From: Eledone cirrhosa
Taxonomy: Eukaryota
Length of the DNA stretch: 64,000 nt
Direction: 5' to 3'
Assembly: GCA_964016885.1 (NCBI GenBank)
Contig: OZ024742.1
Location: forward strand, 207,886,001 to 207,950,000
Of this stretch, positions 12,368-25,710 are shown piece after piece. Each line of letters begins with the position of its first letter. Within the stretch, counting starts at the first letter, position 1. The translations under genes and the position numbers were made by a program. The notes below the pieces were generated by a model. That model did not search any database. It was not told the DNA's origin and saw only the letters and a program-made list of their open reading frames with translations.

Positions 12368-13269
12368 ACACATTTCTCTATTTCTATTAATGGAATCATT
12401 TTCCTACTCACATACAAACACACACCTACACATCCGCACACAAATAACAAAATATATTTCTATTTTCTACCCTGATGCAACCACACAACCACCACCACCA
12501 GCACCAGCACCAGCACCACCACCACAAATATTCAATTTATTTCAATAGAAAGTCTAAATTTAGACACTTCAGCATATCAGCCATACTCACTGAACCAGAA
12601 CGATTTCCCCCTCCCATTTCTTGACCATTATCTTTTGTTTGGCACAAAACTCTATATGAATAATCTATATGAAAATAGCAATAATGAACCCACAAACACA
12701 AACTGGCGCAAAATATGATGTACTTATTCACGTGATCTTCATCAATCAACCAAATCACACCTATAAAAAAAAAACAGTTTGAGCCACATCTTTAAGTGAA
12801 AATGGCAATAAAGAACCTTCAAACAAGAACTGGCGCGAAAGTTGATGTTCTGATTCACGTGGGAGGGAATCACTTGATATACATATATGAATTGTGTGAA
12901 TCTCTGTATGTGGGTTTAATCGTGTGTGTATGTGTATGTGTGTGTGTGTTTTTGCGTGTGTGTATGTGTGTTTGTGTGTGTGTGTGCGTCTGTACTGAAT
13001 GTATATTATCCTCATTTTACATCAAAGAGAAATTTAAAAAATGTAATAAAGGCTGATAAGAATTAAAACACGCATTAACTTGTTAATGAAATACCGCCAG
13101 AATGATACAAACGCATAACACGCTTGATAAAACGTTTACAAAACATTTCTATATATAAATTGGCTTCAAATAAAATATATAAGTGTAATAGTTCAAGTTT
13201 TGCATGAAGCATATCAAACAATCAGACGTTAAGTGTATATCTATTAAATATGAGAAAAGAAAAACTCAC

Positions 13270-13287
13270 TTGGCCTCAGTGGCCAAC
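13270..13287 (-). CDS. Candidate 18-nt micro-exon
   Basis: Minus strand GTCAATCTTTTACAG|GTTGGCCACTGAGGCCAA|GTGAGT; open in phase 1 or 2. Confidence 0.35.
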
Positions 13288-13625
13288 CTGTAAAAGATTG
13301 ACATAAGAGAATTTGAAGCCAATTTCAATGTTTGTCAATATATTCTAAATATCCCAATACATTCTAAATACATATCCTGATATATCCAGATTTATCCCAC
13401 CCTGCAATGGATCGTTTGACAAAATATGAAGGACTTTCTAAGAAACTAATCGCCTAGTACCTAAATTATTAAAAACAACAACAACAACAATAATAATCAT
13501 TTCTACTTTTGGCACAAGGCCTGCAAATACCCAGTACATTAATTGTACTTTATTTTATGGACTCAGTAAGGATGAAAAGCGAAGTTAAACTTTCATTCTG
13601 ACGGGGTCGATGAAAATAATAATGA

Positions 13626-13815
13626 TAATTGTTTCTATTTTAGGCACAAGGCCAGCAATTACCCAGTACAATACTGGTACTTTATTTTATCAACCCCGTA
13701 AGGATGAAAGGCAAAGTTAACCTCGGCGGGATTTGAACTCAGATCATAAAGGGACGTAACTCTATGCTTCAAAGGATGGTGTCCGACTCTCTACCGATAC
13801 TGCCAATCCACCGCC
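13626..13815 (-). mobile_element. Full-length tRNA-derived SINE (partial copy adjacent at ~13495-13590)
   Basis: GGCGGTGGATTGGCAG head, B-box-like GAGTTCAAATCC, conserved central domain, ACAATTAT tail. Confidence 0.93.
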
Positions 13816-13849
13816 CTTAATAAAAATAATAATGATAATGGTTTCATTT

Positions 13850-14295
13850 ATTGGCCACAGGTGCTGACATATAGGGGACAATACAAAGACAGGGCACCTC
13901 ACTCTCCCACAAATTAACTAGCCTACAGGCGCATGCTCAATGTACGCCCATTCATATGCGCCATTCTCGCCACATTCACCCACCTTTTAGCAAATGTATG
14001 AGGGATTGGCCTAAAAGAAAAGTGCCTCTCTGCAGTCCTTTCAGGCTGGTCCACCATACACCCCTTTCGCTACCGCCACCAGACAGAGGAAAACTGCCTG
14101 TCCTTAATGGCCAAAAGAAAGCGGCAGTGCTATCTTCTCTATGGGCTCGACCGATAGCCGGACCCGTCCTATACGTGACAACAGACATTCAACATAACTC
14201 CACAAGTCATCAATGCACGGACACTGGACGAATGCGTGCAGAATGGTTTCGTCACTCCGCGCGCAATCTATAGTTCCTATTTTTGGCGTCTTTGA
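13850..14295 (-). pseudogene. L1/Tx1-like LINE 3' fragment
   Basis: Zinc knuckle DCARSDETILHAFVQCP...LWSYVE typical of L1/Tx1 ORF2 C-termini. Confidence 0.7.
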
Positions 14296-14478
14296 CATCT
14301 AACTCATTCTTTCAGATTAAGGTTTATTTCTGATTTACATCCACAAACTGCCTAAGATAAGTACAAAACAGATTATCAGATTCGAAAAGCAACAAAGCCA
14401 TTTTTTTTTCAAATATCCCGTATACAATCTAGAGAAAAGAACTGCTAATCCAACGAACAGGAACACATTATGAATTAT

Positions 14479-14670
14479 GGCGGTGGATTGGCAGTATCGG
14501 TAGAGGTTCGGACGCCATGCTTTGACGCATAGAGTTACGGCCCTTGCCATTCTGAGTTCAAATCCCGCCGAGGTTAACTTTGCCTTTCATCCTTACGGGG
14601 TCGATAAAATAAAGTACCAGTAATGTACTGGGTAATTTTCTGGCCTTGTGCCAATAGTAGAAACAATTAT
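14479..14670 (+). mobile_element. Full-length tRNA-derived SINE
   Basis: Same consensus; flanked by ATTATGAATTA duplication. Confidence 0.93.
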
Positions 14671-15164
14671 GAATTAGAAAAATATTCTTAAAGAAATATG
14701 TTGACACGGTTACAGACATATGATGAAAAGGATAAGGTGAATGTTGTGGGTATGGAAGCCTCTGTGCAGCAAATAAATAACTATATGTGGTACTATATAC
14801 GGTCTTGCAAGTTTCATACAAAGGTCCTGGGTAGCTTGACCCACTGGGATACTTCACCATGAAAGATGTAGCATCTAGTTAAATGATAAAACATGCAAAA
14901 CCCGGAAAAGTAAAAGATAATATTAACTAATAGAAAGTCATGTGTGAAACATTTCCTACAAATACTATCGATAGTGTTTCATATAAAAATAGTCCATTCT
15001 AATACATTACATCAAAAGGTTTTATAGGCTTGTTTGAATGATTATTGTTTCTATGTAAACAATAAGCCTTCATTCACATTAACACGCATATACTGTAATG
15101 CTCACTGTACACACATATATATATATATGAGTGTGAGTGGACGTGTGTGTATTCGTATATATAC

Positions 15165-15328
<164 letters not shown>

Positions 15329-15554
15329 CTATATATATATATTGCAATATCAAAGGTCCCTCTTCTGCCACAGTTTCTACCAGAACAATATCATTTTCTG
15401 TTACACTAGTCTCCATAATAAGCTACACTCGTTTGATATCTTTCACATTGAATTTATACCCGATGTTAATTTAAATTAACACGTAACTGCGTGTACGTAC
15501 AGAATAAACATACATAATACACATGTGCCGGCGTACGTCATCGAATATATATAT

Positions 15555-15690
15555 ATAGTAATAATAATAAATTTCAAGACTAAAATCCAAAGAGGGCTCG
15601 ATAAGGATAAATATATATCAAATATATAAGAACCGTAGAGCAAATATTTATTAAAATAACAGATTAAATTTTAATCTGTTATTTTAATAA

Positions 15691-15695
<5 letters not shown>
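15555..15695. mobile_element. Extremely truncated Penelope insertion: inverted pLTR tail folded back on itself
   Basis: AAGACTAAAATCCAAAGAGGGCTCGATAAGG (as at 21904) then palindrome TTAAAATAACAGATTAAA-T-TTTAATCTGTTATTTTAA, within (TA)n. Confidence 0.7.
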
Positions 15696-15781
<86 letters not shown>

Positions 15782-16906
15782 TATGAATGTGTGTGTGTTT
15801 GTGTGTGTGTGTGTGTGAGAATACTATTGTTACTATTGTATATGTAAATATAAATACATGCATATATATGTATATGTGGTTGTGGGCATGTGTAATACAA
15901 ACGGTATCATTTCTTTAATCTACGATAAATTCTTCAATTTTATTTTAGAATATGTAATAAATTTCACCCCGAGGATTTTTTCGGTGTTTCCTTTATTTGA
16001 TTTTTCTCTATATATTAATAAAACCTATTTCAAATTATATATTTTTGTTGTAATAAAAATGTTCTCTTCTTGTAGCCTTCAATGAGTCTGGGAATATATA
16101 AATGAAAGCATTACTAAGCAGCGTATATAAACCGTTCTATTGGGATACGAGTATTATCAGGAAAAGCAAAGGAAATTTAATTTCATATGACTTCAAAAGA
16201 TTCTGAGATGACTCCCGAACGATTTTCTATATTACAAGTGTTGTTCGCTTACAATCTTTGCTAATTTACTTAATATGGATTTCACCTCAGTTGATCTGTA
16301 TGAGGAAAATCGCAGATGGCTTCTGAACGAGCAATAAATGGTTCGTGTCTCGTTACTGGCGAAATGTAGTTTCTGCAGAGCACATGCGATCGATTAGCAT
16401 AGCTGTTAGAAAATCGTATAGTGCATTGCGATATTTTTTCCTGCTCGCTTTGCTCGCTCGCCGAAGTTAACATTACAGTTCGTCTTTCGGAATTAATAAA
16501 TAGAGTAACAACCGAGTACTAGTTATTCCCTATCACTGCAAATATCCCACCAGGAACGTTCCCCTGGCCAAAGAGAAGGGGGTCAAGAGTTTGTCTGCAT
16601 GGTCACCTAAAGCCATTAGAGAAAGCATGGTACATTCTACCAAATTGTTCCTGTTTGCGAATGACAGCGGTATGTTTTTATGTATGGTTCCGCACTAAAC
16701 TTACTGCACAATACTAAATGGTTAACTTAGTTTCTTAACACCACTAAATGGGCTTTAGACAAGTTAGCTGTTATCCACTCCAAATTTTCGATTATTTAAT
16801 TGCAACAAATATCAAGATTTTTATTGGGTTTTTTTTAAGAATCATAAGATTGTGAAACTACAATGCTTATTCCCTAGTTATATATCCGAATATCATTATG
16901 TTTTGT

Positions 16907-17099
16907 GTCGGTGGATTGACAATATCGGTAGAGGATCGGACGCTATGCTTTGACGCATAGAGTTACGGCCCTTGCCATTCTGAGTTCGAATCCCGCCGAG
17001 GTTAGCTTTGCCTTTTATCCTTATGGGGTCGATAAAATAAAGTACCAGTAATGCACTGGGTAATTTGCTGGCCTTGTGGCAAAAAGTAGAAACAATTAT
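16907..17099 (+). mobile_element. Full-length tRNA-derived SINE
   Basis: Same consensus; approximate TSD ATTAT.TTTTGTGTC. Confidence 0.92.
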
Positions 17100-17910
17100 A
17101 TTTTGTGTCACATGCCAGCAGAATTGACAGAATTCTAAAAATCAGAAGATTTATTTGAATTACAGGAATTTTCGTTTTAAAAAAATATTGGGAATGAATG
17201 GTAGGCTCAGTTGCATGTCTCACAAAATAGCTTGCGATACTTACTTCCAATTAAGTTCATTTCAAGTCAGCCTTTGTTGACATGGCCTGTAAAAATTGTC
17301 ACTATTAAATGTACGAAAGTCTAGTTAATCGGCAATACTCTTAGAAGTTGCTACATATTCATGGCCATAGTCTAATAACTGAAACTAGAAAACGAATAAA
17401 ACATTGAGGAATAAAACATGTTAGAATAGTATTGTGAGTAATCTACGATATTGAGATTTATATTTTATCGTCATCAGTCCATATCTTCTGGATCCGTTGA
17501 TAAAGGTAACTACAGAACGTTTATTTATTATTCTGGGGTAGACTGAAGAGAATATAATAGTTATGATAAAGTTGTGAATATACAATGAACTAGATATTTT
17601 GTTTGTTATATATTACACGATTTACGTAACCGTTACATTCAAATTTTCATGAAATCAGACTTTACAGCTTTAGAAGCATAAAGAGCACATACTTCAAACG
17701 TTTTTGTAAGTCATTGTTATTTAGGGACCAAATAAATCAACAACAACAGCTAGGATTTACGAGAGGCAAGTGAATAGTTGATAAAAAAAATCATTAATGA
17801 TGTTTCTGCACCGAAATGAACGATGACTCAAATTAATGATCTCAAAAATATATTTTAGACATGGGATGTTATGACAGTCAGACTTTTCTGAAGGATTCTA
17901 GCCTTATATA

Positions 17911-18099
17911 TAATTGTTTCTACTTTGGCAAAAGGCCAGCAATTATTCCAGTGTATTACTGGTACTTTATTTTATCGACCCCGTAAGGATGAAAGGCAAC
18001 GTTAACCTTGGCGGGATTTGAACTCAGACCATAAAGGGCCGTAATTCTTTGCTGCAAAGCATGGCGTCCGACCCTCTACCGGTACTGCCAATCCACCCC
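17911..18099 (-). mobile_element. Full-length tRNA-derived SINE
   Basis: Same consensus. Confidence 0.92.
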
Positions 18100-19975
18100 A
18101 TAATGAAATAAAGACAGCAAATTAGCCAATATATGAGGGCATTGAATTTAAAGACTCGTCGCATTTGACTTTAGACCCCTCTTATGCAAACTTCGTATTT
18201 CATGATTTCGAGGTCGGTATAGAAAGTAAAAATGTTGTGAAATAGCTCCAAATAAGAATCGAAACAAAAAACTGTTATATACGTGTGACTATACTAAATC
18301 ACTAATCAATAGTTTCTCTCGATGTAGGTTTAATACAGATTCTATAAGTGATAATTCAATTGTAAGATGTATAGTTTCTGTTTCTAGATTGGTTCTAAAG
18401 ACAACATTATTTTTCCCTGCACACTTATGTATTTCTTAATTACACAGACACAGGATATTTAGTTATACTTTGTTGAATATAATAAAAATTCTGCATATAA
18501 ATTTATAAATATAACACGAGCAACTAAATCTGTTCTCGTTTTTGTATTTATCTTTTATTGATACTTTTTCAACTATTGTTTCTGATAAGCAGATTTTCTC
18601 ATATCTCGTCACTCTTCCGCATATAGTCTCCAGTTATATTTCATGGTGCGATCTAGTAGAAAAAGTAGGTGCTTTCTCCCAATTATTGTATTTTCCTCTA
18701 ATCAATTCTAAGACATTTTCTGTGCTACATTCAAGAAACATAATAACAAAATTATACACATATATATGTATATATATATATCATGGTTACTACTAATAAC
18801 ATAGCAATCTTATCAATGCACACTTTTCCTTCGAGAACATAAAACTAAACTATAGTCCCTTAGTAATCATGATAAGAGAAACGGCTCTCAGACAAGGTGT
18901 CAACCAATTTTAGTTTCCGTAAGATAGCAACATTTACTAGTAGCTAAATTTTAGTTACAATGAACAGAAATCACCGAATTATTTAGAAAGTATTTAACAT
19001 TCTTTTCTTTGTCACCTTATTCCTTGTTTTCAAATCTAGAATGTTACACTTTTACTTAATTTATTCTTTTAAGTTGTGTCAATATCATTATAAATAAAGT
19101 CAGAATATCTCATGAATTCTCCACTGAGATTGGATGGATCCGTTTGTATGTGATCAAGATGTAATACAATTTTCAGTATTTTGGAGCAAGGATTTCTTCA
19201 AGTTAATTTTTCATATGTTTCAGAGAAAAATATTTATACACAATCTTTAATATCGAAACATATGCAGTGATGAAGCAAATACATTATTTAATATGCCAAA
19301 AAGAAAACGAAAAAAAAACAATAAATGAAAGTAAATAGATGCTTGACTATATAAATAATAACAACAGCAAAATATCAGCACAATAATAATATATTAAGTG
19401 ATATATGCTGGCTAGAGACGAAATTAACCCTCAAGTATGGATGAATATATATTAACGGATGTTCTGCAGAACCCATGAGTATTTCTACTACGTAAAACGC
19501 TTCATTTGAATATAGATCTTTATATATCATAAAATCCAATTTTCGGATATATAACGAACAAGGTGGAGACATTTAGAAGCCAAACCATTATTCGAAATGA
19601 TGTGGTTTGATACAAACATGAAACGGCGGTTGATTCTTTCACGACTTCAGAATCACTCGGTTAGTGGTTATCTAGCAGTAGCTATATAATGCTGGTATCC
19701 AATCAGAACTAGCCTTTCCGCCATCTTCCGCTTGAAGACGCAGGTTAAACCCTTCACGTGGAGAAAAACAAGTAATATTAGGATTACGAAGGTATTTGCC
19801 TTGCCTGATTTGTTTCGAGTACCCGTGGATTTATCAATTCTTCCCACCTCTGATATTTTAGATCTTATACATAGCTTGTAAATCCTTCTAATTCATTGTG
19901 TAAATATTAATGTCTATTTTCTGTCCACAGACAGAAAGCAAACTATGCTTGTTTCTAATTTTTACAGCACACACA

Positions 19976-20111
<136 letters not shown>

Positions 20112-20195
20112 CGTTTTAAAAGAAATATGAAAATTACACACACACACACATATATATATATATATGCACACACACATATATTCTGTGTGTATACA

Positions 20196-20227
<32 letters not shown>

Positions 20228-21069
20228 AGGCTGGAACAACGGGTTTTGGAAGGTTTGTGTGTTTGTATGTATGTAAGTATGTATGTGTGTAAGTATGTAT
20301 GTATATATCAGTGCATGCGCATCTGATTGTGAGTGATTATTTTTGTATTTTGTATACCTTTTAATTTGTCACTTCAGTCTTTTTTCTTGTAACATTTCAT
20401 GCGGCTCTGACAAGATAAAAGTTTGTTGTCCTTAATGTTGATATTGCAGCAACAACAACGACATTTAGTACCGGTGCTGTGGTTTTAGTTGCTGCTTGTG
20501 GTACTTTTCCTGCTACTGTGCTGGTTTAGGAACTTCAGTTATGGGATTCCTAATATGGGATAAGAATGTTGATGGAAAATTAAAATGAAAATAACGAGAA
20601 AACCTTTGCCAAAGTTAACCTCATTTTGTCAGATGTTTGTGTCATCTGAATCCTTGTGCCAGTTGGGAAAATTCACTCAACTAATAGGAAGTAATTTCCC
20701 GGGCATAAATCAAGATGCAGAACTATACAATTACATGTGATGCGAGTGGTGGGATTGGTTCAGTTTGATGAGATTTGGTTGTGGTGAATATGAATGTCAA
20801 AAGCTGGCTGATGTCCAAAGGACTCTTATTACCAGCATTTGTCATTGTTAATAAACGGAAACTAATAATGTATTTGAGTCAAATATGTCCAATGGATTAA
20901 CCTACAAAATCATGCACACCATCTTAATGTTGCTTTAATAATTTAGCACTAATATTACACTATTTACATACTTGCACACATCCCGCTATCATTTTAGAAG
21001 TAAAAAATACACTTTTCTCTAATGATAGTTGTTATTAAAGAATATTAATCGGTTTGAAGTCAATGTATG

Positions 21070-21101
<32 letters not shown>

Positions 21102-21222
21102 AGTGAGTATATGTGTGTGTGCGTGCGCGCGTTTGTGTGTATGTGTATGTGTATGTGTGTGTGTGTGTGCGTGCGTGTGTGTGTGTGTGCGTGTGTGTGT
21201 ATATGTGTGTGTGTGCGTGTAT

Positions 21223-21365
21223 AGGCGAACTGGAAGAGTCGCTAGAACGTCGGATATAATGCTTTACGGTATTCGTTCCGGATCTCCGCTCTCTGAGTTC
21301 AAATCCTGCCGAGATCAACTTTGCCTTTCATTCTTTCGAAGTCGATAAAAAACGTATCAGTCTAG
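21223..21365 (+). mobile_element. Older diverged SINE copy
   Basis: CTGAGTTCAAATCCTGCCGAGATCAACTTTGCCTTTCAT core retained. Confidence 0.8.
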
Positions 21366-21645
21366 TATTGGGATAGTTTCTTCATCTATATCTCTTTCTC
21401 ACTTCTCTCTCTCTCTCTCTTACTCTCTTCTTGCTCTAAAATAAATCTCCTGAACTCATGCCTGGAGAGGAATGGGCACCGCCAGGTTTAAAATGCCCAA
21501 GAAACGCCGTATGTCAATACGGGGATACTACGACCTATAAGTAGTTACGGGACCATATATATATAAACAAAGAGTTATATGGTTTGTTGATTATCATTCA
21601 ACAAAGTTAATTTGAAGCACTCTACAAATTTATCTGGAGTAATTA

Positions 21646-21864
21646 ATATTAACGATATTAATAAATGGAAAATATCTTTATAATAACATATTTATTTTAT
21701 CATACGTATTTCAAGGACACAAAATTTTAATGTGCTCTCATCATATAAAATTTAACATATTTTATCTGATGAAAGCACACTAACATTTTTTGTCCTTGAA
21801 ATACGTATAACAAAATAAATATGGTATTATAAAGATATTTTCCATGTATTAATATTGTTAATAT
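21646..21864. ncRNA. Head-to-head inverted pair of hammerhead-bearing pLTR fragments (family B)
   Basis: ~106-bp arms; plus copy 21760-21815 UUUUAU-CUGAUGA-stem II-GAAA-UACGUA-UA-ACAAAA with palindromic stem III/loop. Confidence 0.75.
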
Positions 21865-21879
21865 ATATATAAATATATA

Positions 21880-24457
21880 TATATAGTAATAATTATAAAT
21901 TTGAAGACTAAAATCCAAAGAGGGCTCGATAAGGAAAAATATATATCAAATATATAAGAACAATAAAGCAAATATTTATTAAATTAACAGATTAAAGTTT
22001 AAGCAAAGAATCGCTGCTTTCATCCTTAACGCGATCTTCTGAAACTAAAAAAGTCAATCTGTGAACGCAGAAGTAAATATTTCGAAAAAAGTTGCAACCG
22101 AAGGAAAACAGGAAGACGATACTTTTCATGGACGTTCCCTGGCAATGAATGGAAAAAAAGTCAAGATAATACGTGATAATTTTGAGCGGTGAGGACAGTT
22201 ACACGCAAAGATGACACCACGTTTATGGTATAAATGAAGTCGTAGACTAATATTCTATTTAGGTGGTTCGTGGAGGGGTTCCCTGGCAATGAACGGAACA
22301 AAAATGAAGATAATACGTGGAACGATGAGAACAATTACACGCAAAGACAAAACCACGTTTATGGTATAAATGATCAGGTTACTGATTTATCGGCCTTTTC
22401 CTTCTTTTATCTATCAAAGAAGAATTCCCCAACGTGGGCCGTGATTTGTAGCGTGATGACGGTCTTTAGCCCATTACTAAGTGCGACCCATGCACTGGCG
22501 ACAGGTTCAGAAAAGAACTCACAGCCTTCTTTAAAAGCTTCAACCTCTCCATACAGGATGACGCCAACCACTCGGTCGTTAATTACCTCGACGTAACCTT
22601 CAATTTGTCGAATGGCTTGAATTACCCGTATAGAAAGGCGAATGGTACACTTAATTACATAAGTAAGCAGTCTAACCATCCTGGTAGCATAACCAAGAAC
22701 CTGGTAAGAAACGTTTCTTTGAGACTTTCCCGTCTATCTACAAACGAGCATATTTTCACTGACCACTCCACATATTACAATGAAGCTCCTGCTCAGAGTG
22801 GATTTGTCGATAAGGTAGCATATACCGAGTACGAGCATAGACCTAGGAAAAATAGATCTCGACGCATTATATGGTATAACCCACCATATAATATGGAGGT
22901 GGCCACACCATTAGCATTACTCTATGACTCCTAACCTTGCACATAACATCACTGCTTCAAATTTAGCTAAATTACCTATCCCTAGGAACACGTGCAACTG
23001 TAGTTAGTACTAACTGTAATTGTAGGAATCGGGTTGACTGCCCCTATCTGGGAAATGCCTCTCCAGTAACATTGTCTACAGATGTAAGGTTGAAACGCCC
23101 ACGTCCCGTAGGGCCTACATGGCGTTAAACGCTAATAGATTCAAGCAGCGTCTTTACATGCATACCCATTCTTTTCTTAACCCTTTAAGAAGGAATATGA
23201 TGTCACTTTCAGCTTATATCTGTAGTCTAAAAGACAACCACACCCAATATAGATTACACTCGGAGATCCTAGCTAAGGCTAGATCGTATAACGGATATAA
23301 AAGACCATGCGACCTCTGTGAGGCTAAAGCCTTGGAAATATTCTACACCAATGACCACATCTTAAACAAAACAATCTGAGGCAATTACGGCTTATAAACA
23401 TAAATTGCATAAAACCTTCCTGTATTATAGACCTACATCATGCCCTGACGGATAGTACGAAGAATACGCGGATAATTTACGTCTGATGTGGTAGTTAAGT
23501 ATGTTTTATGTTTATACCATTAGTTATTTGTATTGTTAAGTATATATTATATATACTGGTACATGTGTATATGGTTATGTGTATACGTGTATTTTGCGTT
23601 CGTGCGTGTATGCGGGTTTGCACATATGTAGGGTGTGTATGTGTGTACTTTGTGTTTTGGTTGACGCAGTTTTGCGTAAATATGTGTATTTACCTGTGTG
23701 TGCGCGCGTTATATACGTATTTATGTGTGTATATTTATATATTTATATACGCTTATATAATTATATGTATACGCGCACACACACACATATATATATTTTT
23801 TAAATATATTTGTTTATGTGTATTTGGTGTATACGTTCGTATATGTCTGGGTAGAGGTGTTGCACGGGTTTTTGTATGTGAGCGCGTGTTTTTGTATGCA
23901 TACCCATGGCGGGTGTTTTCGCGTATGCTTGTGTATGTACGTATATGGATGCGTGCATGAATATATTTAATTATTGTTGATTTCAATAACCGCTTTAATT
24001 TATTTACATTATTCTTAACTTTGAAGCCCAGAATCTTTCGATTTCCTAAATAAAATTTTAGTCTACGACTTCATTTACACCATATGTCTTTTCGTGTAAT
24101 TCTTCTCATCGCTCCACAGAATGACGTATTATCTTCATTTTTTTCGTTCATTGCCAAGGAACGTCTATACAAACCACCTAAATAGAATATTAGTCCACGA
24201 CTTCATTTATACAATAAACTTAGTTTGTCTTTGCGTGTAATTGTCCTCACCGCTCCAAATAATGACGTATTACCGTCGATTTTCCCCGTTCATTGCCAGG
24301 GAACGTCTCCACGAACCAAAGTATCGTCTTCATATTTTCCTTCGGTTGCAACGTTTTTCGAAATATTTACTTCTGCGTTCACAGTTTGATTTTTTTAGTT
24401 CCAGAAGTTGCCGTTAAGGGCGAAAGCAGCGTCTCTGCTTAAACTTTAATCTGTTAT

Positions 24458-24460
<3 letters not shown>
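21880..24460 (+). mobile_element. 5'-truncated Penelope-like element (YRDDG/Naiad-type) with inverted 5' pLTR (21880-22376) and direct 3' pLTR (23990-24460)
   Basis: 22390-23430 encodes RDDGL, VVNYLDVTFNL, YRK..TLNYISKQSNHP, IIWYNPPY, CNCR..DCP, IVYRCKV..Y, FKQRL..H..SF, CDLC with frameshifts; flanks are ~400-bp inverted copies containing ~145-bp internal repeats. Confidence 0.85.
24406..24445 (+). ncRNA. Variant hammerhead motif in pLTR (family C; also ~22000-22046 and ~57040-57088 on minus)
   Basis: Family pattern GUUU-CAGAAGA-stem II-GAAA-GCA..UGC-UU-AAAC; U4 replaced by A in all three copies, and this copy has further core changes. Confidence 0.5.
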
Positions 24461-24516
<56 letters not shown>

Positions 24517-25004
24517 TAAACGGAATAGAAAATGCTGACAAATTGTTCACAGTGAAAAATAGTTTAATTAGGAAGAAATGAGAATTAGTAATTGTATTGG
24601 TTAGTAATCAGTTTTGGTTTTAAGTTTTACCGGTTGCGCATTTCTAAATGCTTTTCAAAAATAATTTTGAGATAAAGCGTCCGTGATGTTTGCTCTGATC
24701 AGTTTTGGGAATTCTACCTGTTTTTATGTTAAAAAAGTGGCTCCAGCGCTATTAAAATTGTTTTTTTGCGCCAATTCGTGTTGCAAAAATTATTGTGGTC
24801 AAAACAATTTTGATTGGTCGGTAGAGGTCATGTGAATGTAAAAAATTGATTTTGCGCCAAGACTGAGAAATGACTCTTTCACAACAAATATGTGTGTGCG
24901 TGTGTGTAGTAGTAGTAGTAGTAAAGTGTTCGTTGTTGTGATAATGGTTAGCAGGGATGTGTGTGCGAACAGCAGCCTGTTGACAGTTCAAATGCCTATT
25001 AAGA

Positions 25005-25084
<80 letters not shown>

Positions 25085-25096
25085 TATGTGTGTGTA

Positions 25097-25355
25097 TAGC
25101 AGAGTAATTCGTGGTAGAGTGATGGTCAGTAGGAATGTGTCTGTAAGTGAGTAGGGGATATTTTAACATGTTAAAAGATATTTTTCAGCTCTTGTCTTAT
25201 ACGGAGAAGTGTGTGTGTGTGAGTGTGTAGGAGAGTAATTCGTGGTAGAGGGATGGTCAGTAGGAATGTGTCTGTAAGTGAGTGGGGGATATTTTAACAT
25301 GTTAAAAGATATTTTTCAGCTCTTGTCTTATACGGAGAAGTGTGTGTGTGTGTGT
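25097..25355. repeat. Tandem duplication, 2 x ~131 bp
   Basis: AGAGTAATTCGTGGTAGAG...CTTATACGGAGAAGTGTGTG repeated nearly identically. Confidence 0.95.
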
Positions 25356-25562
25356 ATAAGTCTCTTTGTATGTTAATGTACGCGTGTGTATGTGTGTGTG
25401 TATATATATATGTATGTGTGTGTGTGAGAATGGTGTGTCTGTGTGTGGGTGGACCAGTATTTTTTCCTGGTAAAATGGTGTACATTATTCGATATTTTCT
25501 GTAAAATCGATTCTCTCAATAGAACATCAAAAACCTTAACAATAAAAGGTGTGAAATGATAT

Positions 25563-25612
<50 letters not shown>

Positions 25613-25613
25613 T

Positions 25614-25674
<61 letters not shown>

Positions 25675-25710
25675 GTTGCACCATAAAGTATATATATATA
25701 TATATATATA

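Noticed and set aside
21455-21530. Hammerhead-like CCTGGAGA...TGGGCA..TGCCCA-AGAAAC
   Set aside because: Core altered and no convincing stem I or cleavage triplet; at most a decayed relic.
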